Positions 26,547 to 35,177 of a stretch of DNA of 64,000 nt are shown here, piece by piece (the stretch's first letter is position 1; every line of letters starts with the position of its first letter). The position numbers and the translations under genes were made by a program. Source of the DNA: a virus; IMG/VR virus record IMGVR_UViG_3300017991_000096, positions 1 to 64,000 of that record. One strand, 5' to 3'. Under the pieces are notes generated by a model. It made no database searches, had not been told where the DNA came from, and was given only the letters and a program-made list of their open reading frames with translations.

Positions 26547-29500
26547 ATGCCCTTCGACAACACCCTGATCCCCACCGTAAACACCGGGCGCGTGCGTGCC
26601 TGGGGTTCCTTGTGGCGCGGCAGCGACGACCAGCAGGACCCAGGCGTCGGGGTGAACTCGCTCATCTCTGCCGTACAGCTAGGGTTCATGCCTCGCGCCT
26701 CCCCTGACTACCAGCGCTCAGGTGACGCGACCTACCTGCACGCCTCGACCCCGCTGGGGCCCGTGCTTGTGCTCGCCCGAGAGAGTCTGCTCGACAGCGC
26801 CGTGCTCGACCCGGCCATGCCTACCGCGCTCCCTCACGCTGAGTCTGCGCTCTACAGCTTCGGGTTCAGCACTCTGCCCTTCGATGAGTTGGCTCGCGCA
26901 TCCGCCATCTTCGGCGGCATTGATGGAGGCACGTTTAGTATCTACGTCCGACCCGTCAACCTCCTCGCGGCGTCGGACTACGGGGTCTACTGGAACAACG
27001 AACTCGGAGTTACCAACGATGATCTTCGCATGGTGTTCACGCCGGTCGGGCCGTTCCTCGTCATCCGGGGGCCCTCGACCTTCCGGCCAGGCACGGAGGC
27101 TATCTATCTCAAGTATCTTTGGGACGGTAGTCCTGCTGCACCAGCTTCGGAGATTCGTATTGACTGGCAACCCTCCGAGCCGTTGCTGGTGGACTTCACA
27201 CGACTCCACGTCGTAGCCCTGAACGACGGGCGTCTCAACTTCTACTACCGGGTGTTCAACTCCAACCTCGACTTCGAGGGTACAGCCGTCGTCGGCTACA
27301 ACGCGGTAGCTGGCTACGGGCTCACTGGATCGCCTCCCTCACCGTTCGCGTTCGCAGGTGCGAACCTCATCACGTCCCCGCGTCTGGTGCTCCAAGGCGT
27401 TGTGCCCACCGTGAGCTACAACGGAGGCCGGCGGCACCCGGTGACCAACCAGATCCTCCTCGCCATGGAGCCCGCAGGCTCTACGCCAGGCAAGCAGGTT
27501 CACTGGTATTTCGGGGCCGGCGCTGGGCTCCGTCTCGATTCGTCCCCTCTCGTCTGGGACGCCGACACGCACCCCAACCTGTTCGGTGGTCGGCTCGCTC
27601 AGGCTCAACCGGACAGCACCGTCAACGTGGTGAACGTGGGCTGGGCCGGCAACAGGGCAGGCACCCCGTTCAAGGTCATGGCGGGCAACGTGCTCGGTGA
27701 GACTGTCACGAGCTTCAAGGAGTTCGTGAACACCTACGACACCGCCATCGACAACGGGGCCACGGCGGTTCGACCCTGCATCGGGGAGATCGGAGTCGAG
27801 GACATTCGTGGCGAGCCCAACCTCGGCGGGCGGCACAAGCTGGTGGACATCCTGTCGGCGCCCATCTCCAACGACCCTACCGACATCGGAGGGTACAACC
27901 CTACCTTCGACTTCTTGAACGCTCGCCTAGTGTCCAGGCTCGATGAGGTGGAGGGCTCCGACGTGTTCTCGGAGCTAGGCCCCAACGGCACGCTGAACGA
28001 CGTGGTGCCTGGCCTCGGCGTCGTGCAGAGCGGTCAGACATTCGCCCAAGACACCAGCGTCATCACCTACGGTCCCGACCCTGTGCTGGACGTGACCGAG
28101 TTCGTGTTCTCGGCTTGGATGTCGTTCAACGCGAACCAGCCGGCTGTGACCCGGTCCATCGCTACCAAGGATGGCGGGGCGGGCCCCAGCTTCCAGCTAC
28201 AGTGGGACAACGCTGCCGCCGTGCTGCGTCTGACCTTCACCACCGTTCTGGATGGTGTGCTTTCGTTCGCCTCCAGCGTCACCCTGGAGCGTGGTGTCCC
28301 CTACTACGTCACCGCGACCTACGACGGCACGCAAGCCGCCATCTACGTCAACGGGTGGCTGGTGGGGGCTCTCGTCGCCCCTGTCGGGGGTGCCCTCGAC
28401 GTGCAGCCGACGCCCCTCCTCCTCGGAGACTCGACCGGCACCACGAACCCGCTGCTGTCCTGGTACGGCTTCATTGACGATGTCGTGTGGGGCTCTGGGG
28501 TCGGCGTCGATCACTACACCGTCTTGAAGAACTACCAGTTGGGCCTCTACATCCGAACGGACTCGGGCAAGCCTGGCGGTCCTGTGCGGACCAGCCGCGG
28601 CGCTGGAGCGAGCGACTCGGATGGCGTGGTGGCGACGGCTACGGCTACCCGACTTGGCGATCCAGCGGTGCGTGTCTACACGGCAGCCCTGCGCTACCAG
28701 AACGTCTCGGTGGACCCAAACTATGAGCAGGGCGGCGTGCTCGACATCTGGCAAGCACGCGAGGATGGTGTGGCTGACCCTCGCGGGCCGATTCCTCTCC
28801 CCGCCCCCGTGTTCGACTACACCCCAGGTCCGCCAGCACCCGGAGCGACAGGGGTCGAACTCAAGGATCGTCGGGTTAGCTTCGATATGACCATGCTCGA
28901 CGCGGGCAACTCGACGGACCTAGTCCTCGTGATCGGCTTCCGCGTACCGGGCGATGTCTTTCAAGTCTGGGCCTTGCGCTTCGACCCCGACAGTGTGGAC
29001 GCCGTCACTCAGGCGGACTGGCGCATCGTGACGGTCATGGACTTGGCAGCGTCCGACGAGTACCCCACCGCTCTGGGGGCCACGCTCTACGCGAACGATG
29101 CCTACCCGATGGTCATGCTGTACGTGGACGAGCCAGTCGCGGCGGCGGATCGTCGGCTGTACTTCATACGAGAGGCAGACTACAGCAGCGGCGATCCTGG
29201 GTCCTCCACGGCGCCCTACGTGCCCATCGCGGATCTCATCATCAACGCTGCGGTGACCGGCTCCTTCGGCTTTGAGAACTTCGCACCACCAGGGCGCGAC
29301 CCGGTCATCACCGGCATCGTGGCGCGCGAGATCATCGTCGGGCAAGGCTGGCACCCTCAGTGGGCCAACAGTTACCTCATCATCTTCTCGTTCGGGAGCC
29401 TGCCGCTGGCGCCTGCATCGTTCGACGCCGTCGAGAACACGGTCGCCACCGTAGCCTACGAGGTGAGCCGTTCGAGCCTCGACGCTGGTGACCAGCCCAT

Positions 29501-30200
29501 CGTCCCGCTCACCGGAGCGATTCGATCCGTCAACTCGAAGCAGATCGACCAGTTCATCCTCGGAGCGCTGGAGCCGTTTCTTCCGGTGAGTATCTACTCC
29601 CTGGGTGGCGCCACGGCGGACTTCTTGGTGCTGGGGCGGCGGGGGCCTCGGCCTTGGTACGGGGAGCAGGACACCGGCAAAGAGGCCGCGCTACAGGGAT
29701 CGAACGGCTACGAGGTCTACCGCTTCAAACGCGAGGGCTCGTGGTCATGCAAGCCTGTGCTCTCCGTCCCCATGACCTACCAGGGGCGGGAGGCGACGCG
29801 CACAGGGGTCAGCTTCACGTCGCCTCGGACTGCCCCCAACCTCGACCGCGCCGAGGTCGTCATCGCCCGACCGTTCCCCTCTGGACAGGATCAGGTGTCG
29901 CCCATCTACCTGTCGTCTGAGGAGGTATCGTTGGGGTCTTGGAACCTACCAACCCCGACGACGATCAACCCCTTGCTACGCCGCAACGATGACATGACCT
30001 CTGTGGTCTGGACTCGCCACGAGCTATCCACGAAAGCCCTGCCTGGTGAATCCACCAGCGTTCCCCCAAACAAGGGCGCACGAGAGCAGGCCACGGTCAT
30101 CCTTCGCTACGACATCGACAACTTCGACGGACCCGGTGGACCCGGCGGACCCGAGGAGCCTGGTGGTCCTGGCGAGGGGCCTGGAGACGAACTGCCATGA
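26547..30200 (+). CDS. Large tail appendage protein with LamG/concanavalin-like domain
   Basis: FVFSAW...YYVTATYDGTQAAIYVNG...LLLG...GFIDDV is the LamG pattern. Confidence 0.75.
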   Translation: MPFDNTLIPTVNTGRVRAWGSLWRGSDDQQDPGVGVNSLISAVQLGFMPRASPDYQRSGDATYLHASTPLGPVLVLARESLLDSAVLDPAMPTALPHAESALYSFGFSTLPFDELARASAIFGGIDGGTFSIYVRPVNLLAASDYGVYWNNELGVTNDDLRMVFTPVGPFLVIRGPSTFRPGTEAIYLKYLWDGSPAAPASEIRIDWQPSEPLLVDFTRLHVVALNDGRLNFYYRVFNSNLDFEGTAVVGYNAVAGYGLTGSPPSPFAFAGANLITSPRLVLQGVVPTVSYNGGRRHPVTNQILLAMEPAGSTPGKQVHWYFGAGAGLRLDSSPLVWDADTHPNLFGGRLAQAQPDSTVNVVNVGWAGNRAGTPFKVMAGNVLGETVTSFKEFVNTYDTAIDNGATAVRPCIGEIGVEDIRGEPNLGGRHKLVDILSAPISNDPTDIGGYNPTFDFLNARLVSRLDEVEGSDVFSELGPNGTLNDVVPGLGVVQSGQTFAQDTSVITYGPDPVLDVTEFVFSAWMSFNANQPAVTRSIATKDGGAGPSFQLQWDNAAAVLRLTFTTVLDGVLSFASSVTLERGVPYYVTATYDGTQAAIYVNGWLVGALVAPVGGALDVQPTPLLLGDSTGTTNPLLSWYGFIDDVVWGSGVGVDHYTVLKNYQLGLYIRTDSGKPGGPVRTSRGAGASDSDGVVATATATRLGDPAVRVYTAALRYQNVSVDPNYEQGGVLDIWQAREDGVADPRGPIPLPAPVFDYTPGPPAPGATGVELKDRRVSFDMTMLDAGNSTDLVLVIGFRVPGDVFQVWALRFDPDSVDAVTQADWRIVTVMDLAASDEYPTALGATLYANDAYPMVMLYVDEPVAAADRRLYFIREADYSSGDPGSSTAPYVPIADLIINAAVTGSFGFENFAPPGRDPVITGIVAREIIVGQGWHPQWANSYLIIFSFGSLPLAPASFDAVENTVATVAYEVSRSSLDAGDQPIVPLTGAIRSVNSKQIDQFILGALEPFLPVSIYSLGGATADFLVLGRRGPRPWYGEQDTGKEAALQGSNGYEVYRFKREGSWSCKPVLSVPMTYQGREATRTGVSFTSPRTAPNLDRAEVVIARPFPSGQDQVSPIYLSSEEVSLGSWNLPTPTTINPLLRRNDDMTSVVWTRHELSTKALPGESTSVPPNKGAREQATVILRYDIDNFDGPGGPGGPEEPGGPGEGPGDELP

Positions 30201-30259
30201 AAATCACACCCGAAGATGCAACCCCCGAGGAGTCGGGCAACACCACGGAGCACTAGCAG

Positions 30260-31999
30260 ATGTCCACCTTCCCCCTACTTCAAGGCGGTGTTTTCGACCG
30301 CACGCTCCAGCTAGGCGCCATCTGGTCGTCTGCCGAGTTTTTCGGATCGCAGTTCTTGACGATGCGTTTCGTGAGCAAGAACGGGCGTGAGGTGGGGCAG
30401 GCTACCGGGCCCGATGCGCTGTTCGGCCCCATCCAGATCGGGTTCCTCTACGACATCAGCGAGTCGGTCCTATTCCCCCCAGCACCCGATGCTTACGTCC
30501 CCATCGGCATCATCTCGGATGAGTCCATTGGCGTCCTTAGAGGCATCTATGGTATCTACCGAGACACACAGAGCAACGGGGAGCGGGAGCTTGTCGAGAT
30601 CCGCGAGGTGGCCCTGTTCCAGCAGACGCCCTTCGCCATCCCCGACCTGCTGGTGTGGGACATCCCCATCCCGTTGCCTCGGGGCGTAGAGCACTCGATG
30701 CGGGTGGTCACGCTCGCTCAGCTTAGTCAAGACCTCCTCGACAATCTATTCACGGGCATCAACGACCCGCTGCCCGTGCTGGGGTTCATCTACTACGTGC
30801 TGTCGAGCGGTGACTCGTCGCGGCTCTACGTCGTGCCGATCAGCCCGCCGTCAGGGTTCATCTTTCCTGACAACTACCAGCGGGATCAGCCGCCACAGCT
30901 TGTGGCCGAGTTCGACTTCAAGATCGAAGATCGCATCTACGTGGTGCGCTCTACCGAGAACTGGGACCGGGTCATCATCTACCTCGGGGATGGCGACTCC
31001 TCGCCGCTGCGGCGCACCACGGTCCTCGTCCACGAGCCCCTGACCAACACCGTGGTCAGGCCGCCGAAGGTGCTCATCGACGGCGCTTCACCGTTCCCTC
31101 GCAGCTACGCCGCAGCGGCCGGCAGATCCGAGTGGAACCTGCCCATGACCTCTGTGCTGCTGGAGACGGAGAACAGCCGCGACGGCGGAGGTGCTGTGGA
31201 CCTGGCAAGCCGCCTCGACTCTCCGCACCGCATCAGCTACAAGTGGTTCCCTTCGGGCTCGGAGTGGCTGCTCTGCTCGTTCGTGACGGACGGGTACAAC
31301 CTGCTCGACCAGCAGACCGTCGATCACACCAAGGTCGGCCCCTACCTTGGGGGAGGACACGCCGTCAACTCTGGATCGTGGAACCGGGTGCGGGCATGGC
31401 CCACGTTCCTCGGCCGCCTCGACCTCCCGCTCGACCGCAGGTTCTTCACGAGCTTCGAGCCTGGCGACACGATCCCTGACCAGTTCTTTCGTCCAGACGT
31501 GAGCAGTGACTACATGCTCCACTGCTCCTACGGGCTCGACACGCCTGGTGATGAAGCGTCCAGCCAGTTCGTGTTCCGCAAAGCCCCTTTTCTCAGCGCT
31601 CCCAGACCTATCTTTGGTGCCAACTATAGTGAGACGCAGCTAACGGCTAACTCGACCGGGCTTCCCATGTACGTTGCGGGGTCGATCCAGCTTGCCCACG
31701 TTGGCGGGGTGAACACGGACGAGACGTACTACAACCCCATCGGGTTGGCATCGAACCGCCGCGACTCGTGGCGCCTGGACGACGACACGAACCCCTACGG
31801 GTGGCCTGGGCCTGTGCTCTCCCCCTTCGGGTCACCGCTCGATCAAAGCCTCTTCATCTACGAGGGCAACCGTAGGGACGCGGAGCACGACTGGGTGAAC
31901 GGCTGCAAGGCGGCTGTTTTCGAGCCCGACCGCGTTTTCATGGTGGCTTGGTATACTCACCCGATCTCCTTTGGCGGCGGACCCGGAGGTGGCGCATGA
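30260..31999 (+). CDS. Putative tail/baseplate appendage protein
   Basis: 579-aa beta-rich ORF within the baseplate module; GGAG RBS. Confidence 0.65.
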   Translation: MSTFPLLQGGVFDRTLQLGAIWSSAEFFGSQFLTMRFVSKNGREVGQATGPDALFGPIQIGFLYDISESVLFPPAPDAYVPIGIISDESIGVLRGIYGIYRDTQSNGERELVEIREVALFQQTPFAIPDLLVWDIPIPLPRGVEHSMRVVTLAQLSQDLLDNLFTGINDPLPVLGFIYYVLSSGDSSRLYVVPISPPSGFIFPDNYQRDQPPQLVAEFDFKIEDRIYVVRSTENWDRVIIYLGDGDSSPLRRTTVLVHEPLTNTVVRPPKVLIDGASPFPRSYAAAAGRSEWNLPMTSVLLETENSRDGGGAVDLASRLDSPHRISYKWFPSGSEWLLCSFVTDGYNLLDQQTVDHTKVGPYLGGGHAVNSGSWNRVRAWPTFLGRLDLPLDRRFFTSFEPGDTIPDQFFRPDVSSDYMLHCSYGLDTPGDEASSQFVFRKAPFLSAPRPIFGANYSETQLTANSTGLPMYVAGSIQLAHVGGVNTDETYYNPIGLASNRRDSWRLDDDTNPYGWPGPVLSPFGSPLDQSLFIYEGNRRDAEHDWVNGCKAAVFEPDRVFMVAWYTHPISFGGGPGGGA

Positions 32000-33195
32000 C
32001 CCAGGAACAAAAACCAGTCAACACATCGCGCTACTGGCCGGGGACGGGGATCTGGGTGTCTCAGCTTGACGGCTACGGGCAGACGCCGACCATGCTTGGT
32101 CGATACACCATCCGAGATCCCGATACCCTCGACGGGGCCGATCTCGGATTGCCCTTGTACCAGTTCAACCTCGTCCAAGCCCCGGTCGCCAACCTGGAGG
32201 ACTACTGGGCCATCATCCACGGCGTTGACGTGCTCAAGTTCGTGGCGAAGCCGCTCCAGTATGGCGTATCCCCGAACCTCACCCCGCCCCCTTTCACCAT
32301 GGTCGATCAGATCGGCGCTGTCGGGCTCGGGACGGCGGCGGCGGCTGTGCTCCACACGCCCACCGATCAGGTGTGCCTCATCTGGAATGAGCCCGACCTG
32401 TTCGGGTCTGGAGATGCGCTCACGCTCCAGTTCTTCCTCTACACCGGAGTCCCCTACGTCTCGGGCGCTCCCATCGTCACCGGGCTCGACCTCGGGTTCA
32501 CGCCGCAGCAGATCCAGACGAACCAATGGCTGACGTGGGTGGCCACGCTCCTTGAGGACGGCAACATCGCAGTCCTCGGCGCGACCTGGGACTACCAGCC
32601 GCAGCAGATCGGAGAGGAGCTACAAGGTCCGCTCACCTTCCAGCCCCGCTTCCGCATGTGGCGGTTCGTGATCGACCCAACCGTGGGCGCTGGCGGAGCG
32701 GCGTCCGTCGTGGAGCAGGCTGTCGAGGTGGAGGCACCCGTGCCGTTCATGCCTCACCAGATCGCCTTTGGTAAGGATCAGCCCTTGAATGGTCAGCCTC
32801 GTCGGAACCTTGCGTTCTGCTCGGGCGTGGTGGACACCGCTTACTTCTACTACCAGACCATCTTGGTGGGCGGCTCCATCGGGGAGTACAGCGTCACCGC
32901 TCGGCAGACGCTCGCGCCGGCTATCTGGGTCAGCGACGACCCCGTCAACCTGACCAACTGGAAGCTGGTGTGGCAGAGCAGCGCCGGCCGCCCCGACAAC
33001 CCAGCCTACTCCTCACCCGGAGTCTTCGGCGGGTTCCTTGGCGATCTCCCCATCTCTCCGACTGGTGACTTCGGCCTTACCTTCGATGAGGCATGGCAAA
33101 GGCTCACCATGCACGGTGTGGACGATGACCCCTCGCAGGACCCCATGCAGGACCGCTACGGCGGCGCTGGTGGTGGGGGGCCGGAACTGGGCTAA
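31996..33195 (+). CDS. Putative tail/baseplate appendage protein
   Basis: ATGA overlap, GGAGGT RBS; beta-rich. Confidence 0.65.
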   Translation: MTQEQKPVNTSRYWPGTGIWVSQLDGYGQTPTMLGRYTIRDPDTLDGADLGLPLYQFNLVQAPVANLEDYWAIIHGVDVLKFVAKPLQYGVSPNLTPPPFTMVDQIGAVGLGTAAAAVLHTPTDQVCLIWNEPDLFGSGDALTLQFFLYTGVPYVSGAPIVTGLDLGFTPQQIQTNQWLTWVATLLEDGNIAVLGATWDYQPQQIGEELQGPLTFQPRFRMWRFVIDPTVGAGGAASVVEQAVEVEAPVPFMPHQIAFGKDQPLNGQPRRNLAFCSGVVDTAYFYYQTILVGGSIGEYSVTARQTLAPAIWVSDDPVNLTNWKLVWQSSAGRPDNPAYSSPGVFGGFLGDLPISPTGDFGLTFDEAWQRLTMHGVDDDPSQDPMQDRYGGAGGGGPELG

Positions 33196-33198
33196 GGC

Positions 33199-35169
33199 AT
33201 GGGAAGCAGTCACAACCCCACTGGAGCTAACGTCCACTCGCAGCAGTTGGCGGCCAACGTCGTCGCTGCGCAGGTTCAGACGAACTACCCCAACCAGGGC
33301 GACCCCGGCAACGGCCGGTGCCCCATCGACCTGCGCGCCGTGACCTGGCCCGAAGGCAAGAGGGTGGACCTGTTCTGGACGAACCCTCCCGGCGTGACCC
33401 GCATCGTGATCAAGCGGTCGCGGACCTTTCACTCCGCGTTCCTGATCGACGAGGCTGAGGTCATCTACAACGGCCCTGCGGTGGAGCACTTCATCGACGG
33501 CGTGCCTGTGCCCGAGACTGTCGGGCGCCCCGGCGACCTGTTCCAGAGCCCGCCCGACCTTGAGGTTGGCGTGCCCAACACGGGTGTCGATCTGCTGGAG
33601 GACACGTTCTACTACTACACGGTCTACGTGACCGTGGCGCCGGATCCCATCGGTATCCTCGACTTCGGCCTTGAGGCCAAGGGGCGGTGCCAGGTGACCG
33701 GGCTGTCGATCACGGACTACCTACGGACGGACCCAGACCGGCGGGGTCGAGGCGAGTACCTGTACCACCTGTTCTCGCAGGCCACGCGGGACCGTGACGC
33801 CGCGAACGCAGCCGCGGAGGGTCGGACCACCGGATACCTTCAAGACTACGCTCGGTTCGTCCAGGGCGGCATCTCGCTCATGCGGGGCTACACGAAGGCA
33901 CTGGAGCAGGTTGGCGACGCGAGCAGGGCCCCTGCTGGGCTCGTGGGGTCGGCGTTCGACCAGGCCACGATCCTCGCCAACTGGGCTCGACGGTTCGGCA
34001 TCATCCCCGAGCGCCGCATCCTCGACGTGTCGATCCTCCGACGCATCGCGGAGTCCATGATCTTCATCTACAAGGAGAAGGGTACGTGCCCTTCCATCGT
34101 GGACTTCACCAAGTTGCTGACGCTCTGGGACTCGACGTGCGCTGAGTTTGAGGGCCTGCTCTGCAACCCGTTCTACCTCGCCACCTGGGACGGGATGAGC
34201 GAGAAGGACACCTACAGTTGGCCCTCATCCCTGGTGACCATCCAGCCTGGGAGCATCGCGCTCCCCGGCGCCGTGCTCGTGCAGGATAAGTACGCGAACA
34301 GCCTGTTCAAGAGCGCGATGGGTGACGTGTTCCAGATCGCCGGCAACACGACCAGCGTGGTCACCTTTGCGGACCCTGCTGCTGTCCCCAACGTCGAGGA
34401 CTTGCTTACCATTGGCGCAGTCGTGCCTGTCGCTGGCACGATCTACGACCTCACGGTGACCCGAACCCAGGGCGGACCCGTTGACCTGAACGACCAGGAG
34501 TACGATGGCTACCAACTCGTTGACTCGGCAAACTCCATCGGTGATGTCGTGGCTACTACGGGCGGGCCGCCGTCTGTCGTTCGCGTTGACTCGCCAGTTC
34601 TTCCTGTCGTTGGAGCCGCGGCCGTTGCCCCGAGCTACCTTCTCGGTGCCGCCTTTGTTGACCGGAATCCGCAGTTCACGTTCGACCTCCGCACCAAGTG
34701 CCCGACGTTCCTGTACGAACCCCTCAAAGACCTCGACCTCAAGGGTGCAGACTTCGATCCGTTCGATGTGCTGTTTGGTGGCGGCTCACTCCTTGGTACT
34801 CCATTCCTTCCCGGCGATATCATCCTCACCATCGCGGCTGGTGTGGCTGACGCTGTCGGCACTTCTACCTCTATCGTTGGTAATACCCTTACTGACACGA
34901 CCGCGAACTTCGGGCCGATCAACAGCCTCTCGCAGTTCGGCCTGAACCCGAACCGGAACCAGACCGCTCTGTTCAGGGTCGTCGCCAACACGGCAACCAC
35001 CCTCACGGTCAGCAGCCCTGCCCCTGGCGTCACACTGGAGAGCGTCGCCAAGGCCGGTTCCCGCTACTTTCTCCTCAACCTTCCCAACAGCCGGAAGTAC
35101 GAGATCTTGGTGCGCCTCATCAAGCTCATGCTCCCGAGCAACACCCGGATCTTCATCTTCTTCCTGTAG
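33199..35169 (+). CDS. Baseplate wedge protein, P2 gpI / gp7-like
   Basis: LANWARRFG...LRRIAESMIFIYKEKGT motif; N-terminal FN3-like segment. Confidence 0.75.
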   Translation: MGSSHNPTGANVHSQQLAANVVAAQVQTNYPNQGDPGNGRCPIDLRAVTWPEGKRVDLFWTNPPGVTRIVIKRSRTFHSAFLIDEAEVIYNGPAVEHFIDGVPVPETVGRPGDLFQSPPDLEVGVPNTGVDLLEDTFYYYTVYVTVAPDPIGILDFGLEAKGRCQVTGLSITDYLRTDPDRRGRGEYLYHLFSQATRDRDAANAAAEGRTTGYLQDYARFVQGGISLMRGYTKALEQVGDASRAPAGLVGSAFDQATILANWARRFGIIPERRILDVSILRRIAESMIFIYKEKGTCPSIVDFTKLLTLWDSTCAEFEGLLCNPFYLATWDGMSEKDTYSWPSSLVTIQPGSIALPGAVLVQDKYANSLFKSAMGDVFQIAGNTTSVVTFADPAAVPNVEDLLTIGAVVPVAGTIYDLTVTRTQGGPVDLNDQEYDGYQLVDSANSIGDVVATTGGPPSVVRVDSPVLPVVGAAAVAPSYLLGAAFVDRNPQFTFDLRTKCPTFLYEPLKDLDLKGADFDPFDVLFGGGSLLGTPFLPGDIILTIAAGVADAVGTSTSIVGNTLTDTTANFGPINSLSQFGLNPNRNQTALFRVVANTATTLTVSSPAPGVTLESVAKAGSRYFLLNLPNSRKYEILVRLIKLMLPSNTRIFIFFL

Positions 35170-35177
35170 GAGTCGTC

